Shown: in pieces, positions 38,955 to 47,744 of the stretch
How positions within the stretch are numbered: position 1 is the first letter of the stretch
Layout of the letters: each line of letters opens with the position of its first letter
NCBI GenBank assembly: GCA_963822445.1
Contig: CAWGHO010000001.1
Coordinates: 1,120,001 to 1,184,000 of the forward strand
Direction of reading: 5' to 3'
Source: an uncultured Acidobacteriota bacterium
GTDB lineage: Bacteria > Acidobacteriota > Thermoanaerobaculia > Gp7-AA8
DNA: 64,000 nucleotides
Notes under the pieces: generated by a model
Databases searched by the model: none
Told to the model about the DNA's origin: nothing
The model's input: the letters and a program-made list of their open reading frames with translations, nothing else
Program-made: the position numbers and the translations under genes

Positions 38955-40216
38955 AGCCGGCGCTCGCCGCCGTGATGCTGCTTGCCTTCGCGGCCACCGC
39001 CCAACCCGTGACGAACAACGACGCCAGTTGCGACATCTCCGTCGCCCCGGCGGCCACGTTGCTGCTGCCCTTTTTCGAAGTAAATCTCACCGTTCCCGCC
39101 GGGACCGGCGAGACGACGATCTTCACCGTCACGAACACAGGGAAATCGCCGCAGATCGCGCGGGTAACGCTATGGACCGACCTGGCCTACCCGGTCTTTA
39201 CCTTCAACATTCCTCTCGCCGGTTACGAGGCGCAGAGCATCAACCTCTTCGATGTCCTCGGTCGTGGCGCGATTCGCGGCGGCTCGGAATCATGCGGAGG
39301 TTCCCTGCGACGGTTGGATCCACCGGTCCTCGCCCGGATGCAGCGGGCGTTCACCACGGGCAAAGTCAACGGCCTTCCGTCTTTACCCGACTGTCCCTTC
39401 GTCGGTATGCGGCACGCAAATGCCATCGGGTACGCGACCATCGACGTCGTCGGTGATTGCGACTCGTCGTTGCCCACCGACGGCGACTACTTCTCGAACG
39501 ACATCCGCTTCGACAACGTGCTCCTCGGCGACTACCAGCAGGTCAAGGGCGACGAAGATTTCGCGCAGGGCGGAACGATGGTGCATATCCGCGCGATCCC
39601 CGAGGGAGGTACCGTGCAAAGCCGCGCCGGCGATCCCAGATTCGCGGTGAATGCACCGCGCACCTTTTACAACGTCTACCAGCATCCCGCCCGTCCGCGG
39701 TTCGACGCCCGTCAAGCCTTGCCCTCGCTGTTCGCGGCGAGGTGGATCGAAGGAGACCGGAGCGGTTTCGAAACGCACTACAAGATCTGGCGCGAGTCTC
39801 GTGACAACCACATCTCCTGCGTGGCTTATGCGCGGAACTACAGGCCGGTCCTGGAAACGGTGCGCTTCGATGAAGAGGAAAACTTCGAAACGATGGCACC
39901 TGAGATCCTCGTCCCCGGCGCCCCCTATGAGCTCTACCTTCCCGCGGCGTCCATCACGGACATCGCGGCGAACAAAGACTTCCCACTCAACACCATGGGG
40001 GCGATCGCCGGGTGGATGTATCTCAACCTCGACGACCTGGATCGCGACAGCCATGCCTCCCAGGGCTGGGTTTCCGTCTCCATGCGCGCGGAGGATCGAT
40101 ACTCCACGGACATGGACGCGGCGTATCTCGGCAATGGCTGCAGCGCACCGGTGGATACCAGCGAGGCGACTCTCTGGGGGCCAGCCATCGGGCCGGCGCC
40201 GAACACCCGTAAGTAA
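38951..40216 (+). CDS. Secreted array protein P6
   Basis: TTG start overlapping TGA; signal peptide (M)KPALAAVMLLAFAATA; same motifs. Confidence 0.88.
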   Translation: MKPALAAVMLLAFAATAQPVTNNDASCDISVAPAATLLLPFFEVNLTVPAGTGETTIFTVTNTGKSPQIARVTLWTDLAYPVFTFNIPLAGYEAQSINLFDVLGRGAIRGGSESCGGSLRRLDPPVLARMQRAFTTGKVNGLPSLPDCPFVGMRHANAIGYATIDVVGDCDSSLPTDGDYFSNDIRFDNVLLGDYQQVKGDEDFAQGGTMVHIRAIPEGGTVQSRAGDPRFAVNAPRTFYNVYQHPARPRFDARQALPSLFAARWIEGDRSGFETHYKIWRESRDNHISCVAYARNYRPVLETVRFDEEENFETMAPEILVPGAPYELYLPAASITDIAANKDFPLNTMGAIAGWMYLNLDDLDRDSHASQGWVSVSMRAEDRYSTDMDAAYLGNGCSAPVDTSEATLWGPAIGPAPNTRK

Positions 40217-40235
40217 CAATTTCGAAAAACCGCCC

Positions 40236-40265
40236 TTGACTGTGATGCTGTAGCAGCATTAAGTT
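40236..40265 (+). promoter_or_regulatory. Promoter with palindromic operator ATGCTG-TAG-CAGCAT (copy 2)
   Basis: TTGACT-gtg-ATGCTGTAGCAGCAT-TAAGTT; same spacing as copy 1. Confidence 0.75.
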
Positions 40266-40369
40266 ATTGCCGACATGGGCTTCCTCGGCGTACCGACCAG
40301 CCTCAACCATCTCTCAGCGCCTTCCATCAGCACGCGTAAATCCTTCAAAAGGAATGGGATCACAGCATA

Positions 40370-41701
40370 ATGCGAATACGCTCCCTGCTTCTTTCCATCA
40401 CGCTGTTGCTTCTCGCCATCTCCGTTCACGCCGCCACCTTTCCAGCCGGTGCGCCCAGCACCACCAGCAACGACGACAGTTGCGACATCGGCGTCTTTCC
40501 CGCGGCCACGTTGCTCCTGCCCTACTTCGAGGTGGACCTCGGGTCAGCGGCCGGACAATCGACCACCGTCTTCAGCATCACCAACACGGGCAGGCTTCCC
40601 CAGGCCGTACGGGTCACGCTCTGGACCGACTACGGCTATCCGGCCTTCACCTTCCCGGTCTATCTCACCGGTTACGACCAGCAGGTGATCAATCTCTTCG
40701 ATGTCATCGCCCGAGGGGCGATCGCGCCCGAAGACGGAACGGGGTCGGATGTTTCCCCCCTCGGCGAGCTTTCGCGAAACGCGGAAGGAGAGGTGCTGGA
40801 CAACCCCGGCCTGAACGAAGCCAGTTGCCGCAGTCTCGCCGTCAACCTGCCGTCGATCTTCGTCCAGCGGATTCGCCAGGCTTTCACCCTCGGCCGCATC
40901 CCTTCGACAGTCATCGACGGGGGCTGCGAAAACATCGGCGGCGCGCACGCGAAAGCAGTGGGCTACGCGACGATCGACGTCGTCGGTTCATGCGACTTCA
41001 CCCTGCCGACGCAACCCTCGTATTTCACGAGCCACATCCGCTACGACAACGTCCTGACCGGCGATTACCAGCAGATCGACGGCGCCAACGATTTCGCGCA
41101 GGGCGGCCCGCTCGTGCACATCCGGGCGATCAGCGGCGGCTCCAGCAGCCGTCCGCAAGCGCCTCCGTTTCCGCGCACGTTCTACGGCCACCTCCAGCCC
41201 GCTGCGAGCCGCACCGCCGATCGGCGGCAGCCGCTTCCCTCGAGGTTCGCGGCTCGCTGGATCGAAGGCAGCGGCGCGTCCTTCGAGACCTTCTACAAGA
41301 TCTGGCGCGGAGTCGACACCGCCGCGACCGCGACCTGTGCGCAGTACGCCGCCAACGGGCAGATGCCGGTGATGGACATCATTCGATTCGACGAGGAAGA
41401 GAATCTGGAGACGCTGGAAGATCCCCCACTCAGCAATCCACCAAGCCAGAAGGATCCCCGTTTTCCGGCGACGTCACTGCTCAACGTCCGGCAGAGTGAG
41501 TCGCTGCCGGACAACACACAGGGCGCGGTCGGCGGATGGATGTACTTCAATCTCCACAATCGGGGCGAGGGACCAGCCGCTCAGGCCTGGGTGACCGCCT
41601 CGATGCGATCGGAAGGACGCTTCTCGGTGGACACCGACGCCATCAGCCTCGGCAACGGCTGTACGCCCGCGAACACGCAGACGACAGGAGGCCGGCCGTG
41701 A
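40370..41701 (+). CDS. Secreted array protein P7
   Basis: Signal peptide; same family motifs. Confidence 0.9.
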   Translation: MRIRSLLLSITLLLLAISVHAATFPAGAPSTTSNDDSCDIGVFPAATLLLPYFEVDLGSAAGQSTTVFSITNTGRLPQAVRVTLWTDYGYPAFTFPVYLTGYDQQVINLFDVIARGAIAPEDGTGSDVSPLGELSRNAEGEVLDNPGLNEASCRSLAVNLPSIFVQRIRQAFTLGRIPSTVIDGGCENIGGAHAKAVGYATIDVVGSCDFTLPTQPSYFTSHIRYDNVLTGDYQQIDGANDFAQGGPLVHIRAISGGSSSRPQAPPFPRTFYGHLQPAASRTADRRQPLPSRFAARWIEGSGASFETFYKIWRGVDTAATATCAQYAANGQMPVMDIIRFDEEENLETLEDPPLSNPPSQKDPRFPATSLLNVRQSESLPDNTQGAVGGWMYFNLHNRGEGPAAQAWVTASMRSEGRFSVDTDAISLGNGCTPANTQTTGGRP

Positions 41702-42978
41702 AACGCATCGCTCTGATTCTGCTGCTCCTCGCCACTCCTCTCTTCGCCGCAACGTCGCGCAACGACGACTCCTGCGACATCGGACTCTTCCCCGCGGCGA
41801 CGCTCCTGCTCCCCTATTTCGAAGTCGACATCGCCTCGCCTGAAGGCAGCGGCGAGACCACGATCTTCACGGTCACGAACACGAGCCCACTGCCGCAGGC
41901 GGCGCGGGTCACGCTCTGGACCGACTTTGCCTACCCGGTGACCTCCTTCAACATCTTTCTCACCGGCTACGACGTCCAGAGCGTCAACCTGTACAACGTC
42001 ATCGTGAAGGGATTGATCGAAGAAACCGGCAGTGACGTATCGCCGCGCGGGCCCACTTCCTCGGCCGATAACAACAGGTTGAACGAGGCCAGCTGCACGG
42101 ACATCCCCGCGCAACTGCCGGCCGCGTTCCGCGAACGGATGAAGAGCGCCCTCACCCTGGGCAAGGCACCCGCCATCGGCGAAGGGGAGGCGTGCAACAC
42201 GGCCGGTGGCGTGCACACGAACGCGATCGGGTACGCGACCATCGATGTCGTCGGCGTCTGCTCGGCCACGCGGCCGATCGACGCGGTCTACTTCACGCAC
42301 GAGATCCGATTCGACAACGTGCTCATGGGCGACTACATCCAGGTCAACGGCGCGGAAGATTTCGCCCAGGCCAATCCCATGGTGCACATCCGGGCCATTC
42401 CCGAGGGCGGTGAGGTTTCCACGCGCCGCAAGACGAACATGCCCCGCACGTTCTACAGCCGCCTGCAGAGCGGCGGGACCCTCGGCGCCGACGGACGGCA
42501 GCCGCTCCCGGCGAAGTTCGGCGCGCGCTGGATCTCAGGGGGCGCGAATGGCTTCGACACGTTCTACAAAATCTGGCGCGAGTCGAAGGCTACGTCGCAG
42601 GCGGTCTGTTCGGCGTATCCAGCGGGGACCCATCAGTCTTTCGCGCCCGTCCGCTTCGACGAAGAGGAGAATCCCGAGACGATATCTCCACACACCGGCA
42701 CTCCCCCCGGTGACGTGACCCCGAGAACGCTTGCGACGAGCCTTTCCCGCGTGGACGACGAGAGCCGTTTCCCGCCGAACACACACGAAGCCGTCGGCGG
42801 CTGGATGTACCTCAATCTCGACGACGGACGCGACGACACGATCGCCAGCCAGAACTGGGTCGTGGCGTCGATGCGTGTGGAAGACCGGTTCTCCGTCGAT
42901 ATTGAGGCTACGCAACTTGGCAACGGCTGCACGCCGGCCGAGACTGGTATCGAGGAACTGGCCGCCCGCGGGAACTGA
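41698..42978 (+). CDS. Secreted array protein P8
   Basis: GTGA overlap; (M)KRIALILLLLATPLFA signal; same motifs. Confidence 0.9.
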   Translation: MKRIALILLLLATPLFAATSRNDDSCDIGLFPAATLLLPYFEVDIASPEGSGETTIFTVTNTSPLPQAARVTLWTDFAYPVTSFNIFLTGYDVQSVNLYNVIVKGLIEETGSDVSPRGPTSSADNNRLNEASCTDIPAQLPAAFRERMKSALTLGKAPAIGEGEACNTAGGVHTNAIGYATIDVVGVCSATRPIDAVYFTHEIRFDNVLMGDYIQVNGAEDFAQANPMVHIRAIPEGGEVSTRRKTNMPRTFYSRLQSGGTLGADGRQPLPAKFGARWISGGANGFDTFYKIWRESKATSQAVCSAYPAGTHQSFAPVRFDEEENPETISPHTGTPPGDVTPRTLATSLSRVDDESRFPPNTHEAVGGWMYLNLDDGRDDTIASQNWVVASMRVEDRFSVDIEATQLGNGCTPAETGIEELAARGN

Positions 42979-43009
42979 TTTCTTGACATTCCTGCGCTCG
43001 GGGCGGACC

Positions 43010-43027
43010 ATGTTAAAAATTTGACAT
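43010..43027. promoter_or_regulatory. Candidate BlaI-family operator ATGTTAAA-AA-TTTGACAT
   Basis: Near-perfect AT-rich palindrome overlapping the repressor start codon; TTGACA -35 box at 42983-42988. Confidence 0.55.
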
Positions 43028-43415
43028 GAGCCCGACCGAACCCAAAGGCCTCAGCCGCCGCGAGCGCCAGATCCTCGACGTCATCTACCACCTCGGACGC
43101 GCCAGCGCGTCCGAGGTGCTCGAGCGGATGGCCGATGCTCCGACGTACACGACCGTGCGCGGTCTGCTGCGCGTGCTCGAGTCCAAAGGCCACGTCCGGC
43201 ACGAAGAGGAAGAGGGCCGCTACGTTTACTTCCCGACCATGACCAAGCAGCGCGCTGCGAAGAGCGCACTCACGCATGTGGTCAGCACGTTCTTCGATGG
43301 CTCGCCGTCGCAGGCCATGGCGGCGCTCCTCGGCAGCGAACGCCGTTTGAGCGAAGACGAGATCGAGCGGCTGGCTGAATTGATCGAGCGCGCTCGCGAG
43401 AAGGAGAAGTCGTGA
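43026..43415 (+). CDS. BlaI/MecI/CopY family transcriptional repressor
   Basis: LSRRERQILDVIY, YTTVRGLLRVLESKGHV, GRYVY, FFDGS. Confidence 0.93.
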   Translation: MSPTEPKGLSRRERQILDVIYHLGRASASEVLERMADAPTYTTVRGLLRVLESKGHVRHEEEEGRYVYFPTMTKQRAAKSALTHVVSTFFDGSPSQAMAALLGSERRLSEDEIERLAELIERAREKEKS

Positions 43416-44835
43416 TTCTGAAGATCACGCTGGTCCTGCTCGCGGCGCTCGTTGCGTCCGCGTTGTTGCGCCGCGCCGCGGCGGCGACGCGTCACGCGGT
43501 GCTGGCGGCGGGGCAAATCGCGGCGCTTTGCTTGCCGCTGCTCACCTTCATCGTTCCGCCGGTTACGGTTTCTGCCCCCGGTGTAGTGTGGGCCTCCGGC
43601 CTACCTCTCGTTCCCCCGCCCCAGGGTAGGCCGGAGGCCCACACTACACGCGCGATCCGGGTGACAGACCTTTGGGGCTCCTCGGCATCCTCGCCATCGC
43701 GCTGCTTCGCATCACGAGCTACCTGCGCGCGGCGGCCGTCGTTCGCCGCGCCGAATCGTTCGGCAACGTGTTGCTCAGCGATGAAGTCGATCAGCCGATG
43801 ACCTTCTTCACGCGCATCATCCTTCCGCGCAGCGCGAGCTCCTGGACGGACGAGCGGCTCCGCGCCGTGCTCCTTCACGAAGGCGCGCACGTTGCGCGGC
43901 ATGACACGTTCTTCGGCATGGTCAGCGATGCGCTCTGCGCGATTTACTGGTTCCATCCGCTGGCCTGGCTGACCGCGCGGCGCGCGCGGCTCGAGCGCGA
44001 GCGCGCTTGCGATGACGTCGTGCTCTCGCAGGGCGTGGGGCGCTTCGATTACGCCGCGGCACTGCTCGATGTCGCGCGGACCGTTCGACGCCGTCACGCC
44101 ACCGCGGCCATCGCCATGGCTGAGCGTCCGCATCTCGAACAGCGCGTGCGGGCGATCCTCGACTCGGCGACGAATCGCCGCGCGACCCGCGCCGCGCGCA
44201 CCGCCGTCTTCGTCACCGTTTTCGCGACCGCGCCGTTGCTCGCCGCGCTGACCACGATCTCCATTCCGCTTCCGCGCTCCGGCGAGCCCGATCTGCTCAA
44301 CGATGCCGTCACCTCTCCGTTCAGCGAGCGCATCGGCGCGCCGTTGGTGAGTGTGTCCGCGAGCGGGCCCGATGCGGCGTTCATCGAGACGATGCAGAAG
44401 GTGGCGACCATCGCGCCGCGGACCTCGATCGACTTCGTCGCCGATCGCGCGCGATGGGCGCTGGCGCAGGTGAATGACGGTGAGCTCGTGACGCCGCTGA
44501 TCGACGCGCTCGACCACAGCGACTGGCGCGTCCGCGCCTACGCCTCCTGGTGCCTCGGCCTCAGCGCGGACCGCCGGGCCACGGACCCGCTGGTGGCGAT
44601 GCTCGAGGATCCCGTCTGGCGCGTGCGCGCATCGGCCGCGGACGGTCTTGCCCGCCTCGCCGATCCCGCAGCCTCCGCCGCCATGCGCCGCGCGCTCAGC
44701 GACGATGCCTGGCAGGTGCGCATGCCGGCGGTGCAGTACTTCGCCGCCATCGGTGGCAGCCGTGAATTGTTCGAGACCATGCGGCGCGACCGGCACATCG
44801 CCGTGTGCATGACCGCCGAGGAGGCTTTGCGATGA
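43412..44835 (+). pseudogene. BlaR1-type M56 metallopeptidase with HEAT repeats; frameshift near 43671-43677 (real or sequencing error)
   Basis: N-terminal part (LLRRAAAATRH) in ORF 43412-43801. HEGAH, YWFHPLAW, ERACDD and the HEAT repeats lie in ORF 43672-44835. One extra base at tttgggg would join them. Confidence 0.75.
43581..43649. repeat. GTAG-type REP doublet (perfect 25-bp inverted repeat) inside the M56 gene
   Basis: gtgtagtgtgggcctccggcctacc ... ggtaggccggaggcccacactacac; 69 bp, in frame. Confidence 0.88.
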
Positions 44836-46334
44836 AACGGCGTTCCCTTTTTTTGGCTCTGCATGTCACTTTTTTGACATCAACCCTTTCCGCGCAACTC
44901 CCCGAGCTCGACACGTACATCGAGAACGCCCGCAAGCAGTGGGAGTGTCCCGGCATCGCCGTGGCCGTGGTCAGGGACGGCAAGGTTCTGATGACGAAAG
45001 GCTACGGCGTCCGCACGCTCGGCAGGCCGGAGCTCGTCGACGAGAACACGATGTTCGACACGGCGTCGCTGTCGAAGTCCTTCACCGCTGCCGCGATCGC
45101 CACGCTCGTCGACCAGGGAAAAATGCGCTGGGACGATCCCGTGCGAAAGCATCTGCCCACGCTCGAGTTTCCCGATGCCTATCGCAGCGCGAACGTCACC
45201 GTCCGCGACCTCCTCGCCCATCGCATCGGTCTCGAGCCGGCGAATTTCATGATGCGCATGACGAACTATCCGACCGAGGAGGTGCTGCGGCGGGTGCGGT
45301 TCCTCGAGGAGCGCGATCCGTTCCGCAGCACGTTCACCTACTTCAACATCGGTTACGCGATCGCCGGTGAAGCCGCCGCAGCGGCCGCAAAGATGTCCTT
45401 CGCGGATCTGGTCCGCACGAGTCTCGTCGAGCCGCTGGGCATGCGCGACACGACCGTCGCCGTCGATCACGCGCGCGCGTCGAATCACGCTTCATCGCAT
45501 GCGCGGATCGACGGAGTGCATCAGCCCATTCGCACGCGCAAGCGGATGAACATTCAGGGCGCGAACGCAGTGAACTCCACGGCCAAAGACATGGCCAGAT
45601 GGCTGCTCTTCAACCTCGGCGACGGGACGTGGGAAGGAAAAAAGATCCTGACGCCGGAGGCGCTCGCCGAGATGCATTCGCCGCACTCGATCATCCCCAC
45701 CACCCCGGCCATGCGCGCCGCGCGCGGCGTTCACTTTTTCGGCGGGTACGGTCTGGGATGGCAAGTCATGGACTATCGCGGCCACAAGATGCTCTGGCAC
45801 AGCGGCAACGCCGACTGCATGCCCGTGTACATGGCCATCCTGCCGAACGAGAAGATCGGCGTGCTGGTGATGACGAACAGCTGGGAAGCGGGAACGCTGC
45901 ACGGCATGATCGCCGGCCGCATCCTCGACACGCTCCTCGGCGACGTGCCGCTGAAGGATTCTGCGGCCGAAGGCCTGGAGGGATTCCGCAACGCGGCGAA
46001 GCGGGCTGTCGAGGAACGCGAGGCAGTCGAGAAAGCGCGCATCACCGGCACGAAACCCTCGCGGCCGCTCGATGCCTACGCCGGGACTTACGTCGACACC
46101 ATGCATGGCGACATGGTCGTCAAGCATGAAAACGGACGGCTGACGCTGACGTTCGGCGGCGGCGAGCAGGCCGATCTCGAGCACTGGCACCACGACGTCT
46201 TCAGCGTCCGCTGGCACGACCGCGCCTACGAGTGGGCGGACACGTTCATCGCCTTCGCACTGGACGCGTCAGGGACGCCGAAGAGGTTCGAGATGAAGTT
46301 GTATCGGGACCTGATCGAGGCGGTACGGCGTTGA
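44832..46334 (+). CDS. Serine hydrolase (beta-lactamase class C-like) with C-terminal DUF3471-like domain
   Basis: PGIAVAVV, SLSK (SxxK), LLAHRIG, YFN, YGLGW, HSG; YAGTY...HG C-terminal domain. Confidence 0.9.
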   Translation: MKRRSLFLALHVTFLTSTLSAQLPELDTYIENARKQWECPGIAVAVVRDGKVLMTKGYGVRTLGRPELVDENTMFDTASLSKSFTAAAIATLVDQGKMRWDDPVRKHLPTLEFPDAYRSANVTVRDLLAHRIGLEPANFMMRMTNYPTEEVLRRVRFLEERDPFRSTFTYFNIGYAIAGEAAAAAAKMSFADLVRTSLVEPLGMRDTTVAVDHARASNHASSHARIDGVHQPIRTRKRMNIQGANAVNSTAKDMARWLLFNLGDGTWEGKKILTPEALAEMHSPHSIIPTTPAMRAARGVHFFGGYGLGWQVMDYRGHKMLWHSGNADCMPVYMAILPNEKIGVLVMTNSWEAGTLHGMIAGRILDTLLGDVPLKDSAAEGLEGFRNAAKRAVEEREAVEKARITGTKPSRPLDAYAGTYVDTMHGDMVVKHENGRLTLTFGGGEQADLEHWHHDVFSVRWHDRAYEWADTFIAFALDASGTPKRFEMKLYRDLIEAVRR

Positions 46335-46359
46335 CAAAAATGCTGATACGGCATAGTTT
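46331..46359 (+). promoter_or_regulatory. Promoter with operator ATGCTG-ATA-CGGCAT (copy 3)
   Basis: TTGACA-N17-TAGTTT; operator at 46340-46354 in the same register as copies 1 and 2. Confidence 0.72.
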
Positions 46360-46370
46360 AAGGCCTCGAT

Positions 46371-47744
46371 ATGCCCATAAAGCATCGCGGGACTGTCCTC
46401 CTCCTCCTTTGTCTCGCTGCCCCGATGGTCTCCGGCGCCACGCCGACGATCGATAACGACTCCGGCTGCGACATCGCCCTCCTTCCCGCGGCCACGCTGC
46501 TGCTGCCCTATTTCGAAGTGGACATCCACGCGGAGGCGGGCAAAGGCGAGACGACGATCTTCACCATCACCAACGTCACGAACCTTCCCCAGATCGCGCA
46601 TGTCACGTTGTGGACGGACCTCGGCTATCCGGTGATCGACTTCAACCTCTATCTGACCGGCTACGACGTGCAGAGCATCAATCTGTACGACGTGATCGGC
46701 TGGGGCCAGATCGCGCCCGACGACGGCACGGGCATGGATGTATCACCGGTCGGGGATTTGTCGGGGCCTACGCCGACGCTCGACAACGACAATCCGCTCG
46801 CGATCGAGGCGAGCTGTGTCGATCTGCCGGTCGAGCTTCCTCGCCGCTACGCCACCCTCATGCAGCAGGCCTTCACGACGGGGAAAACGACACCCCTGAC
46901 TCTCGGCCAGCCGGTCTGCGAGCGGATCGGAAACGTGCACCTGAATGCGGTCGGCTACGCCACGATCGACGTGGTCAGCAATTGCACAACCGCGCTGCCG
47001 ACGCAGAGCCGATACTTCGAGAACGAGATCCTGTTCGACAACACCCTGGTCGGCGACTACCTGCAGTTCAACGGAACGGACGGCGCGGCCCAGGGCGGAC
47101 CGATGGTTCACATCCGCGCCATTCCGGAAGGTGGAACACCGCGGACGCGAGCGGACAACCCGGCGTATCAGGTCAACTTCCCGCGCACGTTCTACAGCCG
47201 CTATCAACTTCCGTCGAAGCCGCGGTTCGATGCGCGGCAGCCGCTGCCCGCGCTTTTTTCGGCGCGGTTCATCTCCGGTGATTACGGCGAGCGAACCCTT
47301 CTGAAGGTCTGGCGCGAAGGACGCGAGAGCGGCACGGCGTGCGGCGCTTACAAGGTCAACCTGATGAACATGAGCGATGTGGTTGTCTTCGACGAAGAAG
47401 AGAACCCAGCCACCATCGTTCCCGGCCCGTACTTGCCCGGGCCGTCCACGGATCCCCTCCTGCCCGCGACCTCGACGGTCGACGTGGAAGGGCCGGTTCT
47501 CATTTTCTCCTCGCCCGCGTTCCAGAACGACAGCGGCTGGCTTTACCTGAACCTCGACTACGACAGATACGACGCCTTCGCAAGCCAGAACTGGGTCATC
47601 TCATCGATGCGCGCAGGTTCCACCTACACCGTGGACATCCCCGCATCCGCCCTCGGCAACGGATGCTCCGCGCCGATCAGTTACAGCCAAGCCTCCAGCC
47701 GCGACGGCACCGTGATCGGCCCGCCACCGAACACGAGGCCATGA
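46371..47744 (+). CDS. Secreted array protein P9
   Basis: Signal peptide; same family motifs. Confidence 0.9.
   Translation: MPIKHRGTVLLLLCLAAPMVSGATPTIDNDSGCDIALLPAATLLLPYFEVDIHAEAGKGETTIFTITNVTNLPQIAHVTLWTDLGYPVIDFNLYLTGYDVQSINLYDVIGWGQIAPDDGTGMDVSPVGDLSGPTPTLDNDNPLAIEASCVDLPVELPRRYATLMQQAFTTGKTTPLTLGQPVCERIGNVHLNAVGYATIDVVSNCTTALPTQSRYFENEILFDNTLVGDYLQFNGTDGAAQGGPMVHIRAIPEGGTPRTRADNPAYQVNFPRTFYSRYQLPSKPRFDARQPLPALFSARFISGDYGERTLLKVWREGRESGTACGAYKVNLMNMSDVVVFDEEENPATIVPGPYLPGPSTDPLLPATSTVDVEGPVLIFSSPAFQNDSGWLYLNLDYDRYDAFASQNWVISSMRAGSTYTVDIPASALGNGCSAPISYSQASSRDGTVIGPPPNTRP

Noticed and set aside
43581-43649. REP insertion as the cause of the M56 frameshift
   Set aside because: The insert is 69 bp (in frame), and the frame change maps about 22 nt downstream at tttgggg.
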